Assembly: GCA_951406725.2 (NCBI GenBank)
Contig: OX597827.1
Coordinates: 76,322,001-76,386,000, forward strand
Reading direction: 5' to 3'
DNA: 64,000 bases
Source of the DNA: Octopus vulgaris
Lineage: Eukaryota
In this document: positions 52,047 through 64,000 of the stretch, one piece after another
Position numbering within the stretch: position 1 is the stretch's first letter
How the letters are laid out: the number at the start of each line of letters is the position of its first letter
Notes under the pieces: model-generated
Told to the model about the DNA's origin: nothing
Databases searched by the model: none
Seen by the model: the letters and a program-made list of their open reading frames with translations, nothing else
Made by a program: the position numbers and the translations under genes

Positions 52047-52145
52047 GTATATATATATATCTGGTATTTATTTTAGTGACATAAATTCTTCTATTTACAT
52101 AATATTGAGGTCTCTTTCTTTCTTTTGTTGTCGTACCATTTTTAT

Positions 52146-52194
<49 letters not shown>

Positions 52195-52449
52195 CAGTTT
52201 CCTTCTTCATCAAGACACCCATCACCTCCTTAACTGCAGTTCTTGATACCACTTACTAAACAACCGGACATTACGGGTCTGTAGTGGGAGCATCAAGTTT
52301 ACCTTTAGAATGTAAGAGATGCTTCTCATTAACGAGGTGGTGAATGGCAACAAAAGGCCTTTGACAAACAGCTGACTGATTGATTATTTGAATGATTAAT
52401 CAATCAATCAATCAATTTCTTAAATGCTTAACCAATAGACCAATAATCC

Positions 52450-53930
52450 ATTTTATTATAGGCAGAAGGTTTGAAATTTTGGGGGTGGGGATGATGTCTA
52501 GTTCATTACATCAACCCCCAGTACTCAACTGGTATTTGTTTTAGTGACCATGTAAGGACAAAAGACAAAGTCAACCTCGACAGAATTTGAACTCGGAAGC
52601 ATTTTACTCAGGGTGGTAGTGATTCTGCTAGCTCTCCACCTTAAACCAATTAATTAATAATAATAATCCTTTCTACTAAAGGTACAAGGCCTGAAATTTA
52701 GGAGGATGGGACTAGTCAATTACATCGACCCCAATATTTCACTGGTACTTAATTTATCAACCCCAAAAGGATGAAAGGCAAAGTCGACCCTGGCAGAATT
52801 TGAACTCAGAATACAGCAACTGGTGAAATACCACTAAGCATTTCACCTGGCGTGCTGCCGATTCTGCCAGCTTGCAACCTTAATAATAATAATAATAATT
52901 TAGTTTATCCCCTGGGTGGGAGATGGGCTGAATCCTGGAAGTACTGCTATACCAAGCCAACCCGAGGCAAAGGCGGAGTAAGCCCCTAACTCTTCACCTC
53001 GTTCTAAAAATCAGTTTAATATTGATGGCCCCAAGTAGGGACCATATCAGATATTAAGGGAATAAGAACAGATACTACACTTTGATCTTAGCTAACTGGT
53101 ACTTATTTTATTGACCCCTGAAAGGATGAAAGGCAAGGTCAACCTCGGTGGAATTTGAACTCAGAACATAAAGACAGACGAAATACCATGAAGAATTTCG
53201 CCCAGCATGCTAATGTTTCTGCCAGCTTGCCACCTTTGAAATAATAATAATATTAATGATAATACTGATTTCAAATTTTGAAACAAGGCCAGCAATTTAG
53301 GGGATGGCGAGCTGGCAGAAACGTTAGGTCGCTGGGCGAAATACGTAGCTGTATTTCGTCTGCCATTATGTCCTGAGTTCAAATTCTGCCGAGGTCGACT
53401 TTGCCTTTCATCCTTTCAGGGTCGATAAATTAAGTACCAGTTACGCACTGGGGTCGATGTAATTGACTTAATCCGTTTGTCTGTGCTTGTTTGTCCCCTC
53501 TGTGTTTAGCCCCTTGTGGGTAGTAAAGAAATAGGTATGTCAATTATATCAACCCCTGAGTTCAACTGGTACTTATTCTATTGACCCTGTAAAGGATTAG
53601 AGGCAAAGTTGACCTCAGCAGAATTTGAACTCAGAACATAAAAACAGATGAAAAATCACTAAGCAGTTTGCTCCGTCTGCTAATGGTTCTCTCAGTTTGC
53701 TGCCATAATACTGGTTTCAGAATTTGCCACAAGGCCAGCAATTTCAGCAGAGGAGTTAAATTGTTCACAATGACCCCAGTGTTCATCTAGTACTTAATTT
53801 ATTGAGCCTGAAAGAATGGAAGGCAAAGTGAACCTCAGCAGGATTTGCTCCCATAACATAAAAATGGCTGAAATGCCTCTAAGCATATTGCCCAGCATGT
53901 TAGTGGTTCTGCCAGCTCACCACCTTTGTC
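52450..53930. mobile_element. Dense nest of about 7 Nin-like SINE copies
   Basis: Repeated modules in both orientations, separated by (AAT)n. Confidence 0.8.
52921..53092 (-). pseudogene. U2: U2 spliceosomal snRNA pseudogene, 5'-truncated
   Basis: Minus strand GCTAAGATCAAAGTGTAGTATCTGTTCTTAT..TTAATATCTGATA..AACTGATTTTTAGAA..GGGGCTTACTCC..GGTATAGCAGTACTTCCAGGATTCAGCCCA. The first ~19 nt are missing; stem IIa, Sm site and loop IV carry substitutions. Confidence 0.92.
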
Positions 53931-54191
53931 ATATTCATAATAATTAATTCTTTTATTGACCACAAGGGCTTAACGATAACACTGTGTAACACAGATTTTG
54001 TCCCTGGGTAGCAACTGTTATTTCCTATTTGCTGACCCCTAGAAAGTATGAAAAATTGCTAATACTTCCTTCAAACTTTGCTTTTGTTACATTTATTCAG
54101 ACCCCAAAAAACCCCTCTCAACACATGACTATGATGCTCCCCCACTACTCCTGATCATCATCAGAGATGCACATATTCTCAGCCACTCAGG

Positions 54192-55254
54192 CAGTGCTTC
54201 TCAAACTCTCTGATGTGGTGCACCAGCAGTTTTTGTTCTTTTTAACAATGTGCCACGGACCAGTAATATTTCTTAGTAATATTAATTTATACCAGAAACA
54301 ATATCGATAATGTAAGGTATACTTGCCATCTCAATATGGCTAACCACTAAGGGTGGGTGTTACTGTTGCTTGTAGTCCCAGGAGAACATCGTCTCCAGCT
54401 GGCTTTAGGCACACTTTCTGTGCCCTTATGGTATTTGCAAAGGGAGGTCATCGTTCCCTCGTCAACCTAAGTGATACACACGGACTGCAGTTTCTAGGTA
54501 TTGACCTGTCGTCGGCGTACGACAATCACTGGTTTTCGATGAAGGGATGTCCCAATGCAAATACTTTTATCGTTTTTCCAGTAACTTTTCGTCAATGATT
54601 TCGATCGTTCAGAGGTTTCATCATCATCATCATCGTTTAACGTCCGCTTTCCATGCTAGCATGGGTTGGACGGTTCAACTGGGGTCTGGGGAGCCCGAAG
54701 GCTGCACCAGGCCAGTCAGATCTGGCAGTGTTTCTACAGCTGGATGCCCTTCCTAACGCCAACCACTCCGAGAGTGTAGTGGGTGATTTTATGTGCCACC
54801 AACACAGGTGCCAGACGAGGCTGGCGAACGGCCACGCTCGGATGGTGCTTTTTATGTGCCACCGACACAGGTGCCAGACGAGGCTGGCGAACGGCCACGA
54901 TCAGATGGTGTTTGTTACGTGCCCACAGCACGGAGGCCAGTCGATGCGGTACTGGCTACGGCCACGTTCGGATGGTTTTCTTATGTGCCACCGGCACTGG
55001 TACCACAAAGATACAAATTCCATTGATGTTCATCTATTTTGATTTGGTTTGATTTTTTATTATTGCAATATAGATAATGAATATAATAAAAGTTGACAAT
55101 TTTTTTTATCTTATAATTATTTTGTAAATAAATAATACAATATTACATAAGCATTTTATAACGTTTCTTTCTTTTCTGGAAACTTGCTGTGTACTGGCAG
55201 CTGATGGCTTGCGAACAGGCACCGGTCTGTGGATTACCACTTTCAGTAGCACTG
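54192..55254. mobile_element. hAT (Charlie-like) non-autonomous element with nested SINE
   Basis: TIRs CAGTGCTTCTCAAA / TTTCAGTAGCACTG; 8-bp TSD CACTCAGG/CACTAAGG; empty-site paralog at about 59080. Confidence 0.88.
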
Positions 55255-56117
55255 CACTAAGGGACGTGCTCGAATGGTTAAGGTCAAGCATCTGACAAGC
55301 AAATCTGTGGCATTGAGCACGATATTTGCTATAACGATATTTCTACTTCAGCAACTCAGTGCTGAATCTGTCTGAAATGTAATGGAAAATGGGTCAGTTT
55401 CTAAACATTGATGTCCAGGTCACGAAAGCAAAGTTTGAAGGGAAGAGTAGTCAGTTCCTTTGGTTTCTAGATAGAAGCAAATGGGATACAACGCCTACTG
55501 ATGAAAAACCCCCCAAAATTAAAAAAATATTGTTACACAGTGTAATTCTTTGTTTCAGTCATTTGACTGTGGCCATACTGGAGCACCGCATTTAGTCGAA
55601 TCAAATTGACCCCAGGACTTGTTCTTTGTAAGCCTGGTACTTATTCTATCGTTCTCTTTTGCTGAACCGCTAGGTTACGGGGACGTAAACACACCAACAT
55701 CAGTTCTCAAGTGATGGCATGGGGACAAACACACACACACACACACATACATATATATGACAGGCTTCTTTCAGTTTCCGTCTACCAAATCTGCTCACAA
55801 GGCTTTGGTCGGCCTGAGGCTATAGTAAAAGACGTAGTTGGGAAGCAAGTTACTTTATTTCCTAAAAATTTGCATTAAAGGCATTACAAAGACTAGCTGC
55901 CGGCTGGACATATACATTGATGAGGTGAATGATGAAATAAGGATGATATTGATGAGAGAAGGCAAAAACGCTTGCCGATTTTCTTCTCTAAAACCTCGTT
56001 CTTTTTTTTGAAACAGAATATACAAAGCGAGGTATTGAACCTCTCACAACAGTTTTTACTGTTTTTGGACTTAATAGTCCATTACAAATATTAACATGCA
56101 AAAAATATTCAATATAC

Positions 56118-56301
56118 AGGCGCAGGAGTGGCTGTGTGGTAAGTAGCTTGTTTACCAACCACATGGTTCTGGGTTCAGTCCCACTGCGTGGTGGCACCTT
56201 GGGCAAGTGTCTTCTACTATAGCCTCGGGCCGACCAAAGCCTTGTGAGTGGATTTGGTAGACGGAAACTGAAAATAGCCCGTCGTATATATGTATATATA
56301 T

Positions 56302-56365
<64 letters not shown>

Positions 56366-56560
56366 CTGTCTTTGTCCCCCTAGCATTGCTTGACAACCGA
56401 TGCTGGTGTGTTTATGTCCCCGTTACTTAGCGGTTCGGCAAAAGAGACCGATAGAATAAGTACTGGGCTTACAAAAGAATAAGTTCCGGGGTCGATTTGC
56501 TCGATTAAAGGTGGTGCTCCAGCATGGCTGCAGTCAAATGACTGAAACAAGTAAACGAGA
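56118..56560 (+). mobile_element. tRNA-head CORE-like SINE
   Basis: Full-length, little-diverged copy. Confidence 0.88.
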
Positions 56561-56703
56561 GTATACAATCAACACTAGTCCATTTACAAATGAAGCGCTG
56601 GGCCGCTTACACTTTATAACATTGAGGCTTTTTCAACCTCTTGTCAATTTTTCACCTCAACGAGGTATTGAACATCTTACTACAGTTCTTACAATTATTG
56701 GAC

Positions 56704-56920
56704 TTAACCCTTTAGTGTTTGCATTATTCTGCCAAAATTGATCCTTTTTTATCCACATTGTTTTGAATTAATCATGCATTATCTTGTAGCTATGAGATTT
56801 TGTTAATTTTTAAAACGACATTGTAGGGTTGGTGTGAGAGACCAGATATGGCGAGTTTGAACATAAAAGAGGCAGAATACTTTTGGCCGGATATGGCCAG
56901 TTTAAATACTAAAGGGTTAA
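56704..56920. mobile_element. piggyBac-like MITE with TTAA TSD
   Basis: TTAA-CCCTTTAGTGTTT...AAATACTAAAGGG-TTAA; empty-site paralog at 56071. Confidence 0.9.
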
Positions 56921-57444
56921 TAGTCAATAACATGCAAGCTACTTACCACACAGCCACTCCTGCGCCTGTATAATAACAATAGTACTAATAATAGTGATGA
57001 GATGATGTAAGTAACAATAACCGCAATGATGAAGATTATAAATGATAAAATCCAAGATATGCCGACATAAAAATATATACAATACATGATGTTAATTATG
57101 TATTGGAAAATATAGGACAATGGAAGATGAATAACAACAAAATGGAACAGAAGCAGTAACCGTAATCAAGATGGGTTAATACATACGTGAATGGTTAGAA
57201 TGGAAATCAAAATGAGGATTAAATGTATATAATCAAGGTTAAATTTAGAAATATTTCGATAGATTGCAAAATCATGGAAAATTCTTCTTTTTTTTTTTTT
57301 TATTGAAAACTTTTTTTCTTTTTTTTTTTTGCTAATAGGTAGAAGGGGTCGGTAGATGTTGAAGACGACGAATTTCACTGTGACATGAAGAAGCGAATGC
57401 TAGAATTATAAGCCGAATAAATATAAATATAAACAGATAGGAAG

Positions 57445-57473
57445 CTATATATATATATGTATATGTATATATA

Positions 57474-57510
<37 letters not shown>

Positions 57511-58042
57511 ATATATATGTATGTATATATATATGTGTGTGTGTATTTATGTATATATGTATGTATTTATGTATATATGTATGTATATATATATGTATGC
57601 GTATATATATATATGTGTATATATATATATATATGTATGCGTATATATATATATGTGTATATATATATATATGTATGCGTGTATATATATATATGTGTAT
57701 ATATATATATATATATGTATGTATATATGTATGTATGTATATATGTATGTGTATGTGTATATATATGTATGTGTATATATATGTATGTATATATGTATGT
57801 GTGTGTATATATATATATGTATGTGTATATAAGTATGTGTATATATGTATGTATGTGTATATAAGTATGTGTATATATGTGTGTATATATATATATGTAT
57901 ATATGTGTATGTATATATGTATATGTATATATGTGTATGTATATATGTATATGTATATATACATGTATGTGTATATGTATATATATATGTATGTATGTAT
58001 ATATGTATATGTATATATATATGTATGTATATATGCATATGT

Positions 58043-58073
<31 letters not shown>

Positions 58074-58153
58074 TATATTTATATATATGTATGTATATAT
58101 ATAGATGTATGTATATATGTATGTATATATATAGATGTATGTATATATGTATG

Positions 58154-58184
<31 letters not shown>

Positions 58185-58197
58185 GTGTGTGTATGCA

Positions 58198-58228
<31 letters not shown>

Positions 58229-58255
58229 CTAAATTTGTATATTTATGTTTATGTT
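57445..58255. repeat. TA/TATG compound microsatellite, about 800 bp
   Basis: Read directly. Confidence 0.97.
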
Positions 58256-58724
58256 TGACAGCAGCTTAGTAGGCATGACTCACATGCTAAATATTACACG
58301 AGGAAAACTACAGACAGATAAATGGAAAAATATATTAAATTAAATATTGGACGCTTCTAAGTATTCTCCAAATATAAAATATAGTCAGATGGAAAACGTA
58401 TAAGAACATGTTTTAAATCTATGGTCGGTGAAAGGAATAAACGTCGACTCTGTGTAAAGTAGTTTCAGAATAACAACTTTAATTGGTGTCGGCAGTTTAT
58501 AAGCAGTTCGTTACGTTTGTTAGTTTGGTATCTGCTATCAGTCGTAAGGATTGCAAGGGTTTCATGTACACATGGCCAACACTCGTGACCTTTTCCCTGG
58601 CAAGGAAAGGCGGAATTAACAATAGACCAATGCAGTTTGAATGTTCCCTCCCCTTTTTTTTTGGATTTTAAGTTAAAAATGTATTCTACTAATGAGATAG
58701 AAAATTTAAATCTATTATTATTAT

Positions 58725-59154
58725 TGAGTGAAAGAACAGTGCATGCCATCGAAGTGACACTGGGGTAAAATATACGAAGCCCAGTATACCCATCATGACT
58801 ACCCGTCTGATAAGGGCACACTAAGCACATGCATCACAACCATATGTGCGCGACATGATGATCTCATATCAAGATAAACAGTGCGTGACATTGCAGGTGG
58901 GGCCCGAGTAGCCCATCTCGCTCAAAAGGTCCCTGAATAAGGATTGTTTAAGGATGTTGAACGAAACACCCATGTTTCCAGAGGTGAATTATTCATACCC
59001 CAAAGAATCCCTCTCAACACATGGCTATGATGCTCCCCCACTACTTCTGCTCATGATCAGAGATGCACATATCGTCAGCCACTAAGGGACATGCTCAACT
59101 GGTTAAAGTCAAACAACTGACAAGCAAATCTGTGGTATTGAGCAGAATATTTGC

Positions 59155-59155
<1 letters not shown>
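58725..59155 (-). mobile_element. Interspersed retro-element fragment (unclassified)
   Basis: Homologous to the hAT-interrupted copy at about 54100-54191 plus 55255-55330; abuts an ATT run. Confidence 0.55.
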
Positions 59156-59185
<30 letters not shown>

Positions 59186-59531
59186 TACCTGACCACATGC
59201 TGTAAATAATGGCAGCTAATTGTAGTATTTTATATATAAATAAGGTGCATAGTAATCACACATACAAACATTCACAGAGTTCCCTTGTACATACACACAC
59301 ATACACACATATACGCACACAGAGTTGGAATGCTGATTTTTTTTCAACCTTTCCTTCCTTATTCATCTATCACCCCCTCCTTTCTCTCATTGCTATTACT
59401 TTCTCTCATTCCCTCTCAGTCAGGGCTATTACTCTCACTACTTCTCCTTCACTGAATTAGTATTTTCTCTCCTCCTCTGCATCCAGCGTGATTCTGGACA
59501 AACACACACACACACACACAAAAGCACTATG

Positions 59532-59534
<3 letters not shown>

Positions 59535-59611
<77 letters not shown>

Positions 59612-59649
59612 CATTATTATTATTATTATTTTTATCATTATTATTATTA

Positions 59650-59700
<51 letters not shown>
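59535..59700. repeat. (ATT)n microsatellite
   Basis: Read directly. Confidence 0.99.
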
Positions 59701-59701
<1 letters not shown>

Positions 59702-60260
59702 GGGGGGCAGCAAACTGGCAGAATTGTTAGCACACCAAGCAAAATGCTAAGCAGCATTTCATCTGTCTTTGTGTTCTGAGTTTCTGAGGCAGCTGAGATT
59801 CTATATACATTGGAATATTTAGTTTAAACCTTACTCTTTTTGCCAATATAGCAGAACCACATGATTGTCAGACAAAAGAGACTCTTCAAGGCCAGTGGGT
59901 TTATTCATTTTAAGGACAGAATCATCTTTTAGGCACAGGCATGGCTGGATGGTTAAGCAGCTTGCTTCCCAACAATATGGTGTTGTGTTCAGTCCCACTG
60001 TGCGACAGCTTGGGCAAGTCTTTTCTACTAAAACCTCAGGCCAACCAAAGATTTGTGAGTGTTTTGATAGCCAGAAACTGAAAGAATCCTGACATATACA
60101 CGTGTGTGTGTGTGTGTGTGTGTGATCATCATCATCATCATTGTTTAACATCTGTTCTCCATGCTAGCATGGGTTGGACGGTTTGACCGGGGATCTGGGA
60201 AGCCAGGAGGCTGCACCAGGCTCCAGTCTGATCTGGTAGTGTTTCTGCAGCAGAAATATA

Positions 60261-60311
60261 ACAAAAGCTGTTACTCAGAGTTTCACGTTCCCGTTCGTCA
60301 GACAGTTTTGT
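60261..60311 (-). ncRNA. Type I hammerhead ribozyme with intact catalytic core
   Basis: Minus strand ACAAAACTGT-CTGACGA-ACG-GGAA-CGT-GAAA-CTC-T-GAG-TA-ACAGCTTTTGT; all three stems pair; GUA cleavage triplet. Confidence 0.85.
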
Positions 60312-60597
60312 TAGAATAGAACCGAAATAACAATTTGATCAAAACTAGCTAAAGGATATACCTTTAAAAATGGATTTGTTTCATTGCTCCTTTCAAATAA
60401 TGGTCTTAGGCAAGCAATAAACAAAATAAATGAGTTCTATATAAATTATAAAAATCGAGGACAAACCTTAAATTGAAGAGTTGATTCAAATACATATTGT
60501 CATTAATTATATATATATAAAAAAAAATGTATATATGTATGTATATGTGTGTATGTTTGTTTGCACTCTTGTTTGACATGTGATGGTTGTAAATGTG

Positions 60598-60636
<39 letters not shown>

Positions 60637-61050
60637 TATCCAAGTGAGTTCGTTACTTGCAAGGTAATATTTCCCATGGCCATGCAAGTATGGAAAGGTG
60701 GACATTAAATGCTGTTGATGATGATGATGATGATGATGTCTTTCTGTCTGTGGCTCACGTGGGCGAGTCATTGGAGGGATTTATTTTGTAAGCTCATTCG
60801 CTGACACCAAATGCAATGTCTTTGTACTGATTCTAACTCATTCACTTATTATTCCTTCTATGCTTAATGATATGTTTTAAAGGAGTGTTCTTAGAATGAT
60901 CTGTATTCCCACTGTAACCACTCCTAGCCAAGGCCTTGTTATAATATCATTAATCCCTCAGTGTTCAGCTCATTCTATCAAATGAAATACTTATTAATTC
61001 AAACTAATCAAGCATTATCTTGTCACTTTGAGATTTTGATAATGTGATTC

Positions 61051-61410
61051 TTACCTCTGACTTCGCGAAGGCAGGGGTATTGTTTTCAGTTGCGCTTGTT
61101 TGTCCGTGAGCAAGATATCTCAAGAACCACTGGATGGATTCAAATGAAACTTTCAAGGATGTTTGGCCTCTTAACTGGCTCAAGCTGATCAGAATTTGGG
61201 ATCGATCCGGTACCGGACAAGGATTCTGGATTATTTTTCTGATTTTTTTACTTAATTTTTGAGAGCGGTCGGGTTAGTGTTTAGTATTCTCATTTGTAAG
61301 AGCAGTTGATTTTATTTCAGATATTCCCATTTTAAAAAACATCGGCTAATCGTTGAGAGGATGTTGGTGTTGCCTTGGCGGAGGTTTGCGCTCTCTGAGT
61401 GCTCTTGCTT
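61051..61410 (+). mobile_element. Non-autonomous Helentron (HINE-like) nested in a TTAA MITE (60950-61524)
   Basis: 5' TTACCTCTGAC, subterminal inverted CCTTGGCGGAGGT, 3' hairpin GCGCTC-TCT-GAGTGC. Confidence 0.7.
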
Positions 61411-61528
61411 ACTTTTAGAATGACATTATAGGGTAGACGGGAGAGGTCAGATCTGGACAGTTTGAACATAAAATAGGGAGAATAATTTGGCTAGATATAG
61501 TCAGTTTAAATACCAAAGAGTTAAAGAT

Positions 61529-62218
61529 ATTGGCTTGTTAGTTGATAGCTTTGAAATTCAAGTCAAAATATTATTCATCAAACTACTTATAATGGACTTA
61601 AGGTGTTTAGACAATTTATGGATGTACCAAAGACATTCATTAGGCTTATAGAATGGCCAGTAGAGCTCAGATTTAAGTTTGAATATCATTTTTGAGAATT
61701 TGTATTACAGAGCCAGAGGCGGTTTCAGCCAGGTTGGTATCAAAAGGGTTAAGAATTGTTTCTCTATTATATATTTTAACCCTTTTGTTACCATACTTCT
61801 GTTGAGATGCTCTGTGTTTCTTCCAACTAATTTTAAATATAACAAAGATTTTAGTAAAATAACTTAGTTATCATTCAGCTAGTGTTAGGAATATGAATTG
61901 TGACTAAAGTTTGATGGAAGTTTTTAATTCAGAACTTTTGAAAACAAGACATTTGTACTACAGAGCCAGAGGTAGTTTCAGCCAGGTTGGTAACAAAAGG
62001 GTTAAGAATTGTTTCTCTATTATATATTTTAACCCATTTCTTACCATTGGCTTGTTAGTTGATAGCTTTGAAATTCAAGTCAAAATATTATTCATCAAAC
62101 TACTTATAATGGACTTAAGGTGTTTAGACAATTTATGAATGTACCAAAGACATTCATTAGGCTTATAGAATGGCCAGTAGAGCTCAGATTTACGTTTGAA
62201 TATTATTTTTGAGAATTT
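61529..62218. repeat. Complex duplication: direct repeats of about 172 bp flanking tandem TTAA-MITE pieces
   Basis: 61529-61701 matches 62046-62218; 61700-61795 matches 61953-62047. Confidence 0.9.
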
Positions 62219-63389
62219 ATTATTTTCTTTTCCTTAAAAGTAGGTGTGGCACAGACATGGCTGTGTGGTTATGAAGCTTGCTTTGTGATCACATGGCTTC
62301 GGGTTCAGCCCTACTGTGCTGGAGCAAGTGATTTCTGCTATAGCCCTGGGCCAATCAATGCCCTGTGAGCCTGTTTGGGAGATGTAAAGTGTGTGGAAGT
62401 CAGATGTCTGTATGTCTTTGAGTCTATCTCCCACTCCTGCTTGACAACCAATGTTGGTTTGTTTATATCCCTTTAACTTAGCGGCTCAGCAAATGAAACT
62501 GATAGAATAAATATCAGGCTTAAAATAAGTACTGGGGTTGATTTGTTTGACTAGACCCTTGAAGACAGTGCCCCAGCATGGCCACAGTCCAATGGCTGCA
62601 GCGAGTAAAAGATAAAAGCAATGGACAGATTGAACTGAGCCAAAGGAAGTTAGAAGGTCCAGCTTAGAAAAATTCTTTGTCCAAGGGTTATTATGGCAGC
62701 TGCTGCACCGTTCAGGCAGCAATTATTGAAATATATTAGTCAGATGTACTTAACAAATGACAAACGAATTGATTTAAATATCATTAATGATGTCTTTGTT
62801 GTTTTTTCTACACTAAAGTTGCTACAGCACACACACATACACACACGCACATGCACATGCACACACACGCTTTGTCATCATCATCATTATCATCATCATT
62901 TGACATCCACGTTCCATGCCTGCTTGGGCTGAACGCATCTGTGTCTTTTAGCTTTCACTTGTTTCAGTCATTAAACTGTGGCCATACTGGGGCACCACAT
63001 GGAAGAATTTTCAGTTGAATGTGAAGATCCCAGTACTTTTTTTTTTAATCCTGGAACTTATTCTATTGATCTCCATTGCTGGACTGCTAAGTTATGGGGA
63101 TGCAAACACACCAACAGCAGTTATCAAGTATGGTGGTAGTGGGGGGACAGACAGACAGACATATACAATGGCCTTCTTTTCAGTTTCCGTCTACCAAATC
63201 TTTTTGCAAGGCTTTGGTCAGCTTGAAGCTATAGCAGAATACACCTGCTCAAGATACCATGCAATGGGACTAAACCTGGAACCATGTGGTTGAGAAGCAA
63301 ACTTCTTATCTCTTAGCCACACCTGCTTATATATATATATATAGCCATCTGTGTCTCATACTTAATGCAAATTTATCATAAAAGGTAAA

Positions 63390-63623
63390 TTAACCCATTA
63401 AGTCCCACTGTTCTATAAATAGGACACTAAATGAGAACATTAAATAAGCTATATCACATTGTCTCAGTGTCCTATTTATAGGACAGGGACCGAGTATTTC
63501 CATTTCTACTTGAAGTAAAGGAGTTTTAATAATTATTTTTTTCATTTTAACCTATTTTCAATCATCTGTAAAAATTTAATAGTAATATTCAGAAATTTAA
63601 GTACCTGGGATTTAATGGGTTAA
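63390..63623. mobile_element. Complete piggyBac-like MITE
   Basis: TTAA-CCCATTAAGTCCCA...TGGGATTTAATGGG-TTAA; internal palindromes TGTCCTATTTATAGGACA. Confidence 0.9.
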
Positions 63624-64000
63624 CTGTAATATTCATTGAAACATGATATCTATTGTGGATGTATTTTGTTTAAAAACACAAATATGTCAACAGTAGCAAA
63701 TGAAAAATTGTCCTGCAGCAAGACACTCAATCCTGTTCCTCCATCATACTTCAGCCTCTCAACATCTAGCACAAAACCCACCTCCTTCAACACTGCACCC
63801 CCACCTTCAGTTGAAGGGTTTCGTCTCGCAAGTTTACTTGGGTGACCAAACTAGTGCCAATTCCACAAACGCCAAAAACCTGTGCACTCTGCAAAGTGTG
63901 GTTGGTGTTAGAAAGGGCCTCCAACTGCACAGACTACACCAAAGCAGAGTTTGGATCTTAATACAGTTCTTCGACTCATCAGATCTGTTGAACCATCCAA

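Noticed and set aside
52921-53092. Functional U2 gene
   Set aside because: 5' end replaced by a SINE; stem IIa and Sm-site substitutions.

Overview
AT-rich, microsatellite- and SINE-saturated eukaryotic DNA, most consistent with a coleoid cephalopod (Octopus-like SINE families, long TA/CA/ATT/GAT runs). The only convincing host protein-coding region is a single-ORF C2H2 zinc-finger gene (7176-9044, +; 9 fingers, long poly-Q tail), with a candidate TATA promoter and upstream 5'UTR exon. A second GC-rich promoter-like island lies at about 40.7-41.8 kb. The rest is mobile-element debris: several tRNA-derived SINE families, four mariner remnants, TTAA (piggyBac-like) MITEs, hAT MITEs, Helitron/Helentron-like elements, RTE and Tx1-like LINE 3' ends and Penelope-like fragments. 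Less ordinary observations: four minimal hammerhead-ribozyme motifs (one with an intact core, two sharing a U6 core variant); a 5'-truncated U2 snRNA copy fused to a SINE; a five-unit double-hairpin repeat downstream of the ZNF gene; LINE ends encoding tandem C2H2 fingers; and several locally templated, microhomology-bounded patch insertions. All calls and alignments were made by eye, and repeat boundaries are approximate.
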